A stretch of DNA of 32,000 nt from Desulfobulbus propionicus DSM 2032 (GCF_000186885.1 NC_014972.1:2220001-2252000); one strand, 5' to 3'. Counted from the first letter of the stretch, positions 1-10,614 are shown. A program made the numbers and translations. Notes: a model not told the origin generated them from the sequence alone.

Positions 1-157
1 CTTCCTGGATTTTTCCTGTATCCATGGTAGGTTGATATATACCTGAATACCGTCGTGTACCACAAAAAAATGCGCCGGCCGCCATTTCCGCATGGTCCTG
101 TCCATCAGGGAATACAGGACATTGCTGCAACCTAAAACCGTCACAGAGGAGAGATTC

Positions 158-1084
158 ATGGGGGAGAAAAAGAAGAAAGGGGAAGGCAAAGAGAAAAAAA
201 ACGCGCCGGAAACTGTGGTCGACTTCAGGCTGCAGGAGGGAACGGCCCTGCGGTTTAAAGACGAAAAAAAGGATGACGACCACCTGGCCGTCTGGGTAAG
301 CAAGGCTGTTCTCGCCTACGAAATGGAGCTGAAAAAGTTGCAGATCGAACTGATGAAGCTGCAGCAGGATATGAAAAAACAGGGCACCCGGGTCTTGGCC
401 ATCTTCGAGGGGCGCGACGCCGCCGGCAAGGGCGGGACCATCAAACGGATCTCGGCCTTTCTCAACCCGCGCAATACTCGCATCGTCGCCCTGACCGCGC
501 CCAGCGACAAGGAGGCGACCCAGTGGTATTTCCAGCGCTACGTCCCCCACTTGCCCGCGGCGGGCGAGTTGGTGCTCTTTGACCGCTCCTGGTACAACCG
601 GGCCATGGTCGAACCGGTGATGGGCTTCTGCACCGATGAGCAGCACAAGCGCTTTCTCAAGGACGTGCCGCTGTTCGAGGAGATGCTGGTCAAGGACGGG
701 ATCAAGCTGTTCAAGTTTTACTTCTCGGTGTCCAAGGAAGAACAGGCCAAGCGGTTTGAATCGCGCAAGACCGACATCCTCAAGCAGTACAAGCTGTCGC
801 CGGTGGACAACCTGGCCCAGACCTACTGGGATCAGTACACGGTCAAGAAGTTCCAGATGCTCAACGAATCCAATCGCACCCTGAGTCCCTGGACCATCAT
901 CCGCTCCGACGACAAGAAAAAGGCGCGGCTCAACTGCATCAAGCACCTCCTTGCCAACCTCGACTACGACAAGAAGCTGCCGGCCGAAGAGCTGGCCGTT
1001 GATCCCGAGATCGTCATTTCCGGCATCGACGAGATCAAGCACATGGAGAAAAACCTGTTTGATCCCGGACGGCTGCGGGGATAG
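158..1084 (+). CDS. ppk2: Polyphosphate kinase 2 family protein (PPK2)
   Basis: Walker-A-like FEGRDAAGKGGTIKR, FDRSWYNRAMVEPVMGF and SPWTIIRSDDKKKARLN are typical of PPK2. ORF is open from 92, but ATG at 158 has a GAGGAGAG Shine-Dalgarno (SD). Confidence 0.95.
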   Translation: MGEKKKKGEGKEKKNAPETVVDFRLQEGTALRFKDEKKDDDHLAVWVSKAVLAYEMELKKLQIELMKLQQDMKKQGTRVLAIFEGRDAAGKGGTIKRISAFLNPRNTRIVALTAPSDKEATQWYFQRYVPHLPAAGELVLFDRSWYNRAMVEPVMGFCTDEQHKRFLKDVPLFEEMLVKDGIKLFKFYFSVSKEEQAKRFESRKTDILKQYKLSPVDNLAQTYWDQYTVKKFQMLNESNRTLSPWTIIRSDDKKKARLNCIKHLLANLDYDKKLPAEELAVDPEIVISGIDEIKHMEKNLFDPGRLRG

Positions 1085-1093
1085 CCCAAAAAA

Positions 1094-1125
1094 AAGCCGT
1101 CAGCCCCGCTGGGGACTGACGGCTT
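1094..1125 (-). terminator. Hairpin between convergent ppk2 and secA, best suited to terminate secA
   Basis: Stem AAGCCGTCAG/CTGACGGCTT with inner CCCC/GGGG. A run of 8 A at 1088-1095 gives a U-tract when read on the minus strand. Confidence 0.8.
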
Positions 1126-1157
1126 CGCACGTGCGAACTACGACGGAACGGCCTTCT

Positions 1158-3722
1158 TCAAGCGGTCTGACCGCAGCATTTCTTGTATTTTTTTCCCGAT
1201 CCACAGGGACAGGGGGCGTTGCGGCCGACCTTATCCTCGGTTCGCAGCACCGGCTTGCGCTCCATGTCAGCCGTTCCGACCGCCGCCGCGGCATTCGACC
1301 GTTTAGCCTCGGCAAGCTCTTGCTCGCGTTGCTGGCGCCGCTCCTCTTCCATCCTCGCCAGCTCGTCGTCCTGGACGATCTGGATGCGCATCAGATTGGC
1401 CACCGTATGCTGTTTGACCGCCTCGATCATGGTCATGAACAGGTTGTAGCCTTCCCGCTTGTACTCCAACAGCGGATTCTTCTGGCCGTAGCCGCGCAGG
1501 CCGATGCCCTCCTTGAGGTGGTCCATGTGCAACAGATGTTCCTTCCACAGGGTGTCGACCATCTGCAGCAGCACCATCCGTTCCAGCTGGCGCATCTGCG
1601 ACTCGCCGTTGCGGGCCTCCTGCGATGCATAGGCCTGACCGATCGATGCCCGCAGCTTGTCGACAAAGGTATCATGGTTGAGCTCCTGCCGCTCCTCCTC
1701 GGGCCAGTCAAGCTGCAGGTTGAACAGCTGCCCCACCCGCTCTTCCAAAGCGGGCCAATCCCACTCCTCGGCCGCCACCCGGCCGGGGGCGAATTCATCC
1801 GCCACCTGGGCCACGAGATCAGCGATCATGTCGTCGATGATCGGCCGGACGTTGTCGCCCTCGAGCACCTCGCGGCGCTGGCTGTAGATCACCTCGCGCT
1901 GCTTGTTCATGACGTCGTCATATTCAAGCAGGTGCTTGCGGATGTCGAAGTTATGGCCCTCGACCTTACGCTGGGCGTTTTCGATCGCCCGCGACACCAT
2001 GGAGTGTTCGATGGGCTCGTCCTCTTCCATGCCCAGCTTGTCCATGATCGAACTCAGCCGGTCGGAACCGAAAATGCGCAGCAGGTCATCCTCCAGGGAC
2101 AGATAAAACCGGGAGGAACCGGGATCGCCCTGGCGTCCGGAACGACCACGCAGCTGATTGTCGATACGCCGGCTTTCATGGCGGCTGGTGCCGAGGATAT
2201 GCAGCCCGCCCAGCTCGCGCACCCCTTCGCCCAGCTTGATGTCGGTCCCGCGGCCGGCCATGTTGGTGGCAATGGTCACTCGACCCTTCTGGCCGGCGCC
2301 GGCGATGATCTCGGCCTCGCGCTCGTGCTGCTTGGCGTTGAGCACGTCGTGGGGAATGCCCTCCTTGGTCAGCATCTTGGAGATCTTCTCGGAGATGTCG
2401 ATGGAGATGGTGCCCACCAAAATCGGCTGCCCCTTTTCATGGAGTTCCTTGATTTCGTTGACGATGTTCCGGTACTTGGCCGCCTGGTTCTTATAGATGA
2501 CGTCGGCGTAGTCCTTGCGGATCATCTTCTGATGGGTGGGAATGACCACCACGTCGAGGTTGTAGATCTTCTTGAACTCCGGCGCCTCGGTGTCGGCGGT
2601 GCCGGTCATGCCCGCCAGCTTCTTGTACATGCGGAAATAGTTCTGGAAGGTGATTGAGGCCAGCGTCTGGTTCTCCTTCTCGATCTTAACCCCCTCCTTG
2701 GCCTCCAGGGCTTGGTGGAGGCCGTCGGAGTAGCGCCGCCCCTCCATGGTCCGGCCGGTGAACTCGTCGACAATGACCACCGCCCCGTTCTTGACGATGT
2801 AGTCGACATCCCGCTGAAAGATGACGTGGGCCTTGAGCGCCTGGTTGACGTGGTGCAGGTGGTTGATGTTGCGTGGATCGTAGAGATTGTCCACCTCCAG
2901 CAGCTCTTCGGCCAGCCCCACGCCTTCATCGGTGAGCATGACCTGGCGGGATTTCTCGTCCTTGGTGAAGTGTTCCTCGGGCTTGAAATGGCGCATGATC
3001 CGGTCGACCTTGAGGTACAGATCGGTGGACTGTTCGGCCGGTCCGGAGATGATCAGCGGTGTGCGCGCCTCATCGATGAGGATGGAGTCAACCTCGTCGA
3101 CGATGGCGTAGTTGAAGCCGCGCTGGCAGTAGTCCCGCAACGAAAATTTCATATTGTCGCGCAGGTAGTCAAAGCCGAACTCATTGTTGGTGCCGTAGGT
3201 AATGTCGGCTCCGTAGGCGGTGCGCCGCTCGTCGTCGTTCATTTCGTGAAGGATGCAGCCGGTGCTCAAGCCGAGGAACCGGTAGACCTCACCCATCCAC
3301 TGCACGTCGCGGCGGGCCAGATAGTCGTTGACCGTGACCACATGCACGCCCTTGCCGCTCAGGGCGTTGAGATACACCGGGGCGGTGGAGGTCAGGGTCT
3401 TGCCCTCGCCGGTCTTCATCTCGGCGATCTTGCCCTGGTGGAGGACCATGCCGCCGATCAGCTGCACGTCGTAGTGGCGTTCGCCGAGCACGCGCTTGGC
3501 CGCCTCGCGGACCACGGCAAAGGCCTCGGGCAGCAGGTCGTCCAGGGTGGCACCCTGGGCAAGCCGTTCCCTGAACTCATCGGTCTTGGCGGCCAGTTCC
3601 GCGTCGGACAACGGTTCGACCGTGGCCTCGAGATCGTTGATCACCCGGACGACGCGCCGGTACTGCTTGATCATCCTGTCGTTTTTACTGCCGAAAATTT
3701 TAGCGAGTGTCCTTCCTAGCAT
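1158..3722 (-). CDS. secA: Preprotein translocase ATPase subunit SecA
   Basis: [50 protein letters not shown] and C-terminal [17 protein letters not shown]. Start at 3722 ([16 protein letters not shown]) is preceded by GGAGA. ORF is open to 3746. Confidence 0.98.
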   Translation of the reverse strand: MLGRTLAKIFGSKNDRMIKQYRRVVRVINDLEATVEPLSDAELAAKTDEFRERLAQGATLDDLLPEAFAVVREAAKRVLGERHYDVQLIGGMVLHQGKIAEMKTGEGKTLTSTAPVYLNALSGKGVHVVTVNDYLARRDVQWMGEVYRFLGLSTGCILHEMNDDERRTAYGADITYGTNNEFGFDYLRDNMKFSLRDYCQRGFNYAIVDEVDSILIDEARTPLIISGPAEQSTDLYLKVDRIMRHFKPEEHFTKDEKSRQVMLTDEGVGLAEELLEVDNLYDPRNINHLHHVNQALKAHVIFQRDVDYIVKNGAVVIVDEFTGRTMEGRRYSDGLHQALEAKEGVKIEKENQTLASITFQNYFRMYKKLAGMTGTADTEAPEFKKIYNLDVVVIPTHQKMIRKDYADVIYKNQAAKYRNIVNEIKELHEKGQPILVGTISIDISEKISKMLTKEGIPHDVLNAKQHEREAEIIAGAGQKGRVTIATNMAGRGTDIKLGEGVRELGGLHILGTSRHESRRIDNQLRGRSGRQGDPGSSRFYLSLEDDLLRIFGSDRLSSIMDKLGMEEDEPIEHSMVSRAIENAQRKVEGHNFDIRKHLLEYDDVMNKQREVIYSQRREVLEGDNVRPIIDDMIADLVAQVADEFAPGRVAAEEWDWPALEERVGQLFNLQLDWPEEERQELNHDTFVDKLRASIGQAYASQEARNGESQMRQLERMVLLQMVDTLWKEHLLHMDHLKEGIGLRGYGQKNPLLEYKREGYNLFMTMIEAVKQHTVANLMRIQIVQDDELARMEEERRQQREQELAEAKRSNAAAAVGTADMERKPVLRTEDKVGRNAPCPCGSGKKYKKCCGQTA

Positions 3723-3790
3723 TATGGGGTCTCCATCGAGGGCCATCCGCCCTCGGGATAATAAGAAAAAGAGAGGAATTCCGCTTTGAA

Positions 3791-4294
3791 TCAGGTGGCG
3801 GAGGTGCGGCGTTCAGCGGTGCGGATCAGTGCATCCTCGTCGCAGTCGGGAAACTTGGGGCAGTGGATGCAGTCGCTCCAGATCTTATGGGGCAGATCCT
3901 GTTTGTCGCAGTCCTTGAAGCCAAACTTGCGAAAAAAGGCCGCCTGGTAGGTGAGGACAAAAACTTTGCCGATTTCGAGACTGTTGGCCTCATCGAGGCA
4001 GGACTCCACCAGCAGGGCGCCGATGCCGCATTTCTGCCGCTCCTCGGCCACCGCCAGGGAGCGGATTTCGGCCAGATCGTCCCAGCAGATGTGCAAAGCG
4101 ACAATGCCCAGGACCGTGCCGTTTTCCTCGTAGACCACAAAATCGCGCAGATGATCGTAGAGGGAACTGATTGATCGGGACAGCATCAGTCCCTTGTTGG
4201 CAAAGGTGGCCAGCAGGGCGTGAATGGCGCGGACATCCCCCATCCGGGCCGGGCGAATCCGCCCGGATATCGGTTGTTGCTTGTGTTCAGACAT
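3791..4294 (-). CDS. GNAT-family N-acetyltransferase, short ArgA (N-acetylglutamate synthase)-like
   Basis: [44 protein letters not shown] and [12 protein letters not shown]. Start chosen at 4294 (MSEHKQQ); ORF open to 4330. Confidence 0.85.
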   Translation of the reverse strand: MSEHKQQPISGRIRPARMGDVRAIHALLATFANKGLMLSRSISSLYDHLRDFVVYEENGTVLGIVALHICWDDLAEIRSLAVAEERQKCGIGALLVESCLDEANSLEIGKVFVLTYQAAFFRKFGFKDCDKQDLPHKIWSDCIHCPKFPDCDEDALIRTAERRTSAT

Positions 4295-4345
4295 AGAGCT
4301 CTCTTCCGTGTTGATTCGAGCGCCCCGCATGCGCTCTGCGTTCGC

Positions 4346-4897
4346 TTATTCGGGCTGCTCTTCCAGCCGATGCTCCTCGATCACTGGATCGGGAACGGCC
4401 AATTTGCGATAAAAAAACCAGTTGCCTTCACCGGCAGCCACGCCGATGCAAAAGACCAAAAGGACATTGAACCAGGTATCGGGCACCAGCAACAGGAGAA
4501 GCGCCAGACCAATGGCCGCTCCATAGACGGCACCGGTGACGAGATGCATGGTGGTCGTGGTCCAAAAGGAGCACTTGCGCGCCAACAGCCCGGTCACGGG
4601 TCGGGCAACGGCGAAAAAACACAGGTAGGAACAGAGCAGCAGCGGCAAAAAACCGTACACCGCCCAGGTGACAATGATTTTATGCACGTCCTGTTCTTGG
4701 TGCATGCCCCCGGATTTCATCAAGAAGAAAGCCAGCAGGGTGAGCAGATGGGCGAACAGGAAGAAAGCCACGGCCGAAACGGCCGGCGCATACCAGGCCG
4801 CATGCTCCCTGACATGCTGATTGATGGCCTGGCGCGCTTCCCTCGTTAGAGAGCCGCGCGCCCTGGGCACGCTTTTTCGCTTTCGTCGAACACCCAT
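4346..4897 (-). CDS. Hypothetical multi-pass membrane protein
   Basis: 183 aa ORF with about four hydrophobic segments, in a co-directional gene run. Confidence 0.7.
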   Translation of the reverse strand: MGVRRKRKSVPRARGSLTREARQAINQHVREHAAWYAPAVSAVAFFLFAHLLTLLAFFLMKSGGMHQEQDVHKIIVTWAVYGFLPLLLCSYLCFFAVARPVTGLLARKCSFWTTTTMHLVTGAVYGAAIGLALLLLLVPDTWFNVLLVFCIGVAAGEGNWFFYRKLAVPDPVIEEHRLEEQPE

Positions 4898-4908
4898 TGC
4901 GTTTGTCG

Positions 4909-5211
4909 CTATTCCGGTTGCTTGAGTTGCGGTGATTGCCGTGTCGATGCGTTCCCGCTGGCCGCTTGGCCGGGAAGCGGGGCCACCTGCTCAACGGCAG
5001 GGGGTGCCTTCTGCTCCCTGGGCGGAAAAAGAATGGTTTGTCCTGCCCAGATTCCCAGCACAAACATCCAGAAAAACAAGAAGAAACAGACAACCACCAG
5101 GCCGAACATCCCGCGCCAGCCCAGTTCAATGCGAAACGGCTTGGCCTTGCGCGGTCGCGGCCTTTCCCCAGGGGGGGCTTCCGGCGGGGCTTTTCGGGTC
5201 AACAGTTCCAT
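4909..5211 (-). CDS. Small single-TM protein, basic N-terminus plus Pro/Ala-rich tail
   Basis: 100 aa ORF with TM GMFGLVVVCFFLFFWMFVLGIWAGQTI, between argS and the next membrane gene. Confidence 0.65.
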   Translation of the reverse strand: MELLTRKAPPEAPPGERPRPRKAKPFRIELGWRGMFGLVVVCFFLFFWMFVLGIWAGQTILFPPREQKAPPAVEQVAPLPGQAASGNASTRQSPQLKQPE

Positions 5212-5358
5212 GGCTGTGTGCGGTTCCTCTCCTTGCCCAGGAATGCCAATCCCTTGATGTCCCTTCGGGGTCCGGGGGGAGGCACGCGTTCTTTGTTAAG
5301 TATTGCCGGGAAAAAAGCAAGCCAGAAAACAGGAAAAGATGCGCGACCGATCCGCCGG

Positions 5359-7008
5359 TTACATTGTCTCCGGGGCGCGGAGGCCAATGAGCGTGAGCCC
5401 GTTGCGGAACACCCGTTTCAGGGCCCCGCACAGATACAGGCGAGCGCGGCTCAACTCGGGATCATCGCCCAGCACCTTGTGCTTGTTGTAGAAGCCGTGA
5501 AATTGTCCGGCCAGGTCCATCAGATAGAAAACCACCCGATGGGGCGCCAGATCGGCCGCGGCGCCAGCCACCAGCTGGGGATACTCGGCCAGGGTCTTGA
5601 GCAGGCCATACTCCTCGGGTTCAGCCAAACGGGCCAAGATCTGGTCCGGGGTTCCAACGTTCACGCCCTGCTCCCGGGCTTGCCGTTCGATGCTGCACAG
5701 CCGGGCATGGGCATACTGCACGTAGTACACCGGGTTTTCCTGGCTCTGCTTCTTGGCCAGATCAAGATCAAACTCGATCAGGTTGTCGGGCTTGCGCATG
5801 AGGAAGAAAAAACGCAGAGCATCCGGACCGACCTCGTCGACCAGTTCATCCACAGTGACAAAGGTGGCCTTGCGGGTCGACATCTTGACCTGCTTGCCGT
5901 CGCGCAGCAAGGTGACAAACTGGTAGAGGACCACGGTGATCCGGCTGTCGTCATGGCCCAACGCCCGCACTCCGGCGAGCACGTCGGGCACGGTGGCGAT
6001 GTGATCGGAGCCGAACACATTGATCATCCAGTCATAGCCGCGCTTGAACTTGTCGCAGTGGTAGGCGATGTCCGGCAACCGGTAGGTGGGCTCGCCGCTG
6101 CTTTTGATAATCACCCGGTCCTGTTCCTGGCCGAACTCGGTGGTCTTGAACCAGGTGGCTCCCTCTTTCTCGTACACCAGATTTTTTGCCCGCAGCTCCT
6201 CGACCACCTGGTTGACGCGGCCGTCCTCATACAGGGTGTGCTCGTTGAAATAGGTGTCGAACCCGATGCCGATTCGTTTGAGGGTGGCGTCGATGTCGGC
6301 GAAGATGGCCCGTTGGGCCCGCTCCTTGAAAACCGCGAGCTCGGCATCCTTGAACCCGTCTCCGGCCTCGTCGATCATCGCCCGGGCGATGTCGTAGATA
6401 TAGTCGCCCTGATAGCCGTCCTCGGGAAAAGTATTGGCCAAGCCGAGCAGTTCCAGGTAGCGCGCCCGGGTCGATTCCCCCAGCACCCGCATCTGGCGGC
6501 CGGCATCGTTGAAGTAGTATTCCCGCTGAACCGCGTAGCCGCTGGCGGTCAGCAGCCGGGCGATGGTATCGCCGAGCACCGCGTTGCGGCCATGGCCGAC
6601 GCTCAGGGGACCGGTGGGATTGGCGCTGACAAACTCGACCAGCACCCTGCGGTCGGCGCCGTTGGTGGAGCGGCCAAAATGGGCGTCCTGCTCGTAAATG
6701 GGGGCGAGCACCGTGACCCAGATCTTCTTGTCGAGAAAGAGATTGATGAAACCCGGACCAGCGACCTCCACCCGCTCGATCATCGACTGACCGCCGAGCA
6801 GCTCCGCAAACTGCGCGGCCAGGTCACGCGGCTTGCGTTTGTCGATGCCAGCGGCCACCAGGGCAAAATTGGTGGAAAAATCACCCTGCCCTTCGCGCTT
6901 GGGCACCTCGACGGTGTAACGGCCGCCAGCGGCCTCGCTCCAATACCCTTGTTTGACGCCCTCGGTGAAACAGCGGTCAACAATTTCTTTAACGTGTGAT
7001 TTGATCAT
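5359..7008 (-). CDS. argS: Arginyl-tRNA synthetase
   Basis: VEFVSANPTGPLSVGHGRNAVLGDTIARLL, class I KMS-type KQVKMSTRKATFVT, C-terminal anticodon-binding region ending LTLIGLRAPETM. Confidence 0.97.
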   Translation of the reverse strand: MIKSHVKEIVDRCFTEGVKQGYWSEAAGGRYTVEVPKREGQGDFSTNFALVAAGIDKRKPRDLAAQFAELLGGQSMIERVEVAGPGFINLFLDKKIWVTVLAPIYEQDAHFGRSTNGADRRVLVEFVSANPTGPLSVGHGRNAVLGDTIARLLTASGYAVQREYYFNDAGRQMRVLGESTRARYLELLGLANTFPEDGYQGDYIYDIARAMIDEAGDGFKDAELAVFKERAQRAIFADIDATLKRIGIGFDTYFNEHTLYEDGRVNQVVEELRAKNLVYEKEGATWFKTTEFGQEQDRVIIKSSGEPTYRLPDIAYHCDKFKRGYDWMINVFGSDHIATVPDVLAGVRALGHDDSRITVVLYQFVTLLRDGKQVKMSTRKATFVTVDELVDEVGPDALRFFFLMRKPDNLIEFDLDLAKKQSQENPVYYVQYAHARLCSIERQAREQGVNVGTPDQILARLAEPEEYGLLKTLAEYPQLVAGAAADLAPHRVVFYLMDLAGQFHGFYNKHKVLGDDPELSRARLYLCGALKRVFRNGLTLIGLRAPETM

Positions 7009-7081
7009 GCCCTAACAGAGTGAAGTGTGAAGGTAGAATTGCATGCGGCCCGCCAGCGGCATCCGTGGCGTATCATCGGGG

Positions 7082-8206
7082 TCAGTCGATCATTTCCCGG
7101 TCGTTCAGCTTGCCGAACAGGCACAGCACCTCGTAACTGATGGTTTCCATCCAGGCGGCGATTTCGTCGGCGGTGATGGTTTCTTCGCCCTGGCGGCCGA
7201 GCAGCACGGCCTCGTCGCCCACCTGCACCCCGTCGATCCCGGTGACATCGACCAGAGTCAGGTTCATGGAGATGCGGCCGACCGTCGGTACTCGCCGGCC
7301 ATGGATCAGCACCTGGGCGCGGTTGGAGAGTTTGCGCAGATAGCCGTCGTCATAGCCCACCGGCAGGACCGCGATGGTCGAGGGGCGACTGGTGGTGAAC
7401 AGATGGCTGTAACCGAGACCGCTGCCGGCAGGAACTCGGCGCACCTGGATGATCCGGGTGGCAAAACGCATGGCCGGCCGCAACAGAGGCGGCGCAGCGG
7501 CCGCCCTGCCGGTCTCGCCGTCCGGGTAGTAGCCATAGAGGGCGATGCCCGGACGGACCATGTCGAGCCGGGCGCCGGCAACATAAAATAAACCGCCGGA
7601 ATTGGCAAGGTGGAGACAGCATCCGCCGCCGGTCAGTGCGGCAAGCGATGCGGTGGTGGCGGTGAAGGTCCGCAGCACCTGGGCGGAATTGGCCGATTGC
7701 GGCTCATCGGAACAGGGAAAGTGGGCCATGACACCATCGAGCCGCAGATGGGGCGCACCGCGCACCGTTCGCACCAGATCGACGAAATCCTCGGGCAGGA
7801 CACCCTGGCGGCCCATGCCGGCATCGAGTTTGACATGGACGCCGATCTCACGCCGCTGCAATCCGGCCAACCGGGACAGCTCCGGCACAATCGCCGCATC
7901 GACCACCACCGGGGTCAAATCGGCCTCGACCATGGTCGGCAGCGTCTGGGGAATCACTCCGGCCAGAACTAGGATGGGCTGGGTGATGCCGGCCGCCCGC
8001 AGCCGCACCCCCTCGATAGCCTCGGCCACCCCAAAGGCGGCCGCGCCCTGCTCGGCAAAGACCCGGGCACAGTCGATCATCCCATGCCCATAGCCATCGG
8101 CTTTGACCAGAGGCATGATCGCGGCCCCATCCGCCCACTGCCGACAGATCCCGAAATTATGGATCAAGGCGGAACGGCTCACTTCCACACGATTAAGCGA
8201 TCTCAT
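7082..8206 (-). CDS. alr: Alanine racemase
   Basis: PLVKADGYGHG PLP-lysine motif, HLANSGG, RPGIALYGYYP, PVGYDDGY and GRISMNLTLVDVT. Confidence 0.95.
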   Translation of the reverse strand: MRSLNRVEVSRSALIHNFGICRQWADGAAIMPLVKADGYGHGMIDCARVFAEQGAAAFGVAEAIEGVRLRAAGITQPILVLAGVIPQTLPTMVEADLTPVVVDAAIVPELSRLAGLQRREIGVHVKLDAGMGRQGVLPEDFVDLVRTVRGAPHLRLDGVMAHFPCSDEPQSANSAQVLRTFTATTASLAALTGGGCCLHLANSGGLFYVAGARLDMVRPGIALYGYYPDGETGRAAAAPPLLRPAMRFATRIIQVRRVPAGSGLGYSHLFTTSRPSTIAVLPVGYDDGYLRKLSNRAQVLIHGRRVPTVGRISMNLTLVDVTGIDGVQVGDEAVLLGRQGEETITADEIAAWMETISYEVLCLFGKLNDREMID

Positions 8207-8648
8207 TGTTTCGTACCCATTGTATCCATTGCCTCCAGCCCAGACGGCTGGAGAGGCACAGCGACCAACCGATGGCGCAGTAGATCATTCCCAGGAGCGG
8301 GCCCGGATGGCCAGCCCATCGCAGGAAAAAACCTGCGGCCGCCATCAGGGCCACCAACAGCCAGGTTTGCCAGGAATAGACGGCTCCGAGACAAGTACCG
8401 TCCTGCAAAAGGATGATCCGCCGGATGGAGCGCCGGGCCATGCCATCGAGAATCAAAAGCGACTTGAGCGTGCCCAACGCCAGGGCGACAACAATCAGCA
8501 AGCGGCCGCTGCCCTGGCCCATCCACGCCCAACCACGATGCACCAGCATGCCGCCGACCAAGGTCCAAAGCAACGGCGCGGCAAAGAGATGCACCGACCG
8601 CCGGGCACCTGGCTTGCGCCACCGGCTGAACCTCGCGCCCCCTGTCAT
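8193..8648 (-). CDS. Hypothetical membrane protein overlapping alr start by 14 nt
   Basis: 151 aa with three to four hydrophobic segments; GGAG upstream of ATG. Confidence 0.6.
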   Translation of the reverse strand: MTGGARFSRWRKPGARRSVHLFAAPLLWTLVGGMLVHRGWAWMGQGSGRLLIVVALALGTLKSLLILDGMARRSIRRIILLQDGTCLGAVYSWQTWLLVALMAAAGFFLRWAGHPGPLLGMIYCAIGWSLCLSSRLGWRQWIQWVRNNEIA

Positions 8649-8688
8649 CCGCCTCTCCGCACAGCAAATGTCATCCCTTAAAACAAGT

Positions 8689-8718
8689 TAAGCCCATCCC
8701 CCGCAAGGGATGGGCTTA
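8689..8718 (-). terminator. Inverted repeat downstream of ferredoxin gene, possible terminator
   Basis: TAAGCCCATCCC-CCGCAA-GGGATGGGCTTA, perfect 12 bp stem with 6 nt loop. Only a weak T-rich stretch follows on the minus strand. Confidence 0.5.
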
Positions 8719-8744
8719 CACACCAACCGAATGTTGCGCAGCAA

Positions 8745-8930
8745 TCAGATTTCAGTAACGGTGATGGCGCCCTCGGGGCAAACTTCAACACAGGTTTCGC
8801 AACCCAGGCATTCATCGGAATGCACGGGCTCGGCCTTGCCGCCCTGCATCTCGAAAACCTGCGCGGGGCAAGCGTTTACACACTCTTCATCACCGGAACA
8901 CTTGTCTTTATCAACAACGATTTCCCACAT
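8745..8930 (-). CDS. Two-cluster ferredoxin with Asp-variant first motif
   Basis: MWEIVVDKDKCSGDEECVNACPAQVFEMQGGKAEPVHSDECLGCETCVEVCPEGAITVTEI (61 aa). Start at 8930 has GGAGG; ORF is open to 9005. Confidence 0.93.
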   Translation of the reverse strand: MWEIVVDKDKCSGDEECVNACPAQVFEMQGGKAEPVHSDECLGCETCVEVCPEGAITVTEI

Positions 8931-9226
8931 GGCACAACCTCCAAAATGAATAAATGAAAAATTCAAAAACGATGTTGTTACAACCTCGGTTACAAGGCAA
9001 AACAATACGTAAGAATCGATTTTTTTTAAAGGACCGGCCCAGGTTTGTCAAGCTAAAAGAGTGGACGGCATGGCGGCGGGGATGGAAGCGGCTGCCGCCT
9101 CCGTGTACCACAGTTGCTTTGTCACCGGGTCACCCGCAGCGGTATTCATTTTTTTGATTTGCTCTTCCGCCAAATAACGGTAAGAAGGGACCATCATTCG
9201 TTTCCCTACAAGAGGCAGGGTTCACC

Positions 9227-9571
9227 ATGGCAACAAAACAACACAAAAAAGGCAAGGGTACGGTTTCCCCGGAACAGGGGGAACGGGCCATGATCGAAGG
9301 CATCCTCGAAGGCAGCCCGGACGCGGTCGGCGTCGCCGTTATCCGGCTCGATTGCGGCTGCCGGAAAATGGCGGCGGTCAACCAGTCCGGCGATCCGGCG
9401 AGCAAAATCATCATGTATCGGGACAACGCCGAATCCATCTGCGACCAGTGCAAAACGGACAACGGACCGTTCATGCGTGTGACGGAGCAGTTCATCAGCT
9501 GGAAATCTCCGGAACCCGATGCCCATACCCAGAAAATGATCATTGCCAAAGTGCTGGGCACCGAACAGTAA
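9227..9571 (+). CDS. Conserved-looking hypothetical protein with possible CxC/CxxC metal site
   Basis: 114 aa ORF with RLDCGCRKM and SICDQCKTD, bounded by intergenic sequence on both sides. Confidence 0.65.
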   Translation: MATKQHKKGKGTVSPEQGERAMIEGILEGSPDAVGVAVIRLDCGCRKMAAVNQSGDPASKIIMYRDNAESICDQCKTDNGPFMRVTEQFISWKSPEPDAHTQKMIIAKVLGTEQ

Positions 9572-9700
9572 GGCTCCAAAAATTGGTGCAGTGGCACCGG
9601 AACGGAAAAAGGATCCCACAGCACCAACCCCGAGCACCCTGTGCCGGCCGATGAAGCCGTATCTCTCCAGTTCCGACACATTGACATCGTTTCGTCTTCC

Positions 9701-10576
9701 ATGTTTCCCCTATATCCGCACAGCACGCCCCCGGCCCTGACCCATCGTCCCTTGCTCCATCCGCTGTTCCAACAACTGCGTGACGGCATTTCCGAATTCA
9801 CCTTCGCCAATATCTATCTGTTCCGCCACGCCCACCAGTACCGCCTCACTTCGCTGGCCGACGGCACCGTTGCTCTTCTCGGCCGGGATCGGAACGTTCC
9901 CTTCTTCATTCTGCCCTTTGCCCTACCCCGGCAACCGCTGCTCGACGAGCTGTTTCGCGACCACGGCATGATGAAATGCGCCACCACGTCCCAGAGTCAA
10001 GCGCTGGCTGCCTTGGGCTACCGCGTCGTCGAGGACCGGGATAATTTTGACTATCTCTACCACAGGCAGGCCCTGGCCGAGCTGGGCGGCCGCACCTACC
10101 ATAAAAAACGCAATCTGATCAAGGCGTTCGTCAACGCCTACCCCTCCTATACCGCCCGCCCCCTGCGGGAGGAATTCCTCGCCGATGCCCTGCGGGTGCT
10201 CGAAGACTGGCGCGCCGGCAACGATCAGGACGGCGACTACGCGGCGGCCCGCGAGGCCCTGGAAAGCATGGAGACCCTGCAACTCTGCGGCGGCCTGTAC
10301 GCCGTGGAAGAACGGCCGGTGGCCTATGTGCTGGGTGAGGAACTGGCCGGCATGGCCACCTTTGCCATTCACTTCGAAAAAGCGGTGGCCGGCTACAAGG
10401 GGCTGTATCAGTTCATCAACCAGTCCTTTGCCGCCGTCCTGCCCGAGGAATATGCAACCATCAATCGCGAACAGGACATGGGCGATCCCGGCCTGCGCCA
10501 TGCCAAACTTAGCTACAAGCCTTCGGGATTCGTGGAAAAATTCAAGATCTATCCGGCTGAAGCGGCCACCGTTTAA
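9701..10576 (+). CDS. DUF2156 / phosphatidylglycerol lysyltransferase C-terminal-like (GNAT-fold) protein
   Basis: PLLHPLFQQL, FTFANIYLFRHAHQYRLT, DNFDYLYHRQALAELGGRTYHKKRNLIKAF and FEKAVAGYKGLYQFINQSFA. ORF open from 9641; start uncertain (GTG 9641 or ATG 9701, no clear SD). Confidence 0.85.
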   Translation: MFPLYPHSTPPALTHRPLLHPLFQQLRDGISEFTFANIYLFRHAHQYRLTSLADGTVALLGRDRNVPFFILPFALPRQPLLDELFRDHGMMKCATTSQSQALAALGYRVVEDRDNFDYLYHRQALAELGGRTYHKKRNLIKAFVNAYPSYTARPLREEFLADALRVLEDWRAGNDQDGDYAAAREALESMETLQLCGGLYAVEERPVAYVLGEELAGMATFAIHFEKAVAGYKGLYQFINQSFAAVLPEEYATINREQDMGDPGLRHAKLSYKPSGFVEKFKIYPAEAATV

Positions 10577-10614
10577 ACGCCTGGCGGCCGGCGGCGGCAG
10601 GGGGGAGGAAACCC

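Noticed and set aside
951-2657. 568 aa plus-strand ORF across ppk2 end and antisense to secA
   Set aside because: Crosses the ppk2-secA terminator and overlaps strong SecA coding; composition artefact.
4936-6999. 687 aa plus-strand ORF antisense to argS
   Set aside because: Mirror frame of a high-GC gene. The translation lacks domain motifs, while the minus strand gives clear ArgRS.
10585-10610. GCGGCCGGCGGCGGCAGG run before the P1 peptidase gene
   Set aside because: Short GC-rich intergenic sequence, no convincing hairpin with T-tract.
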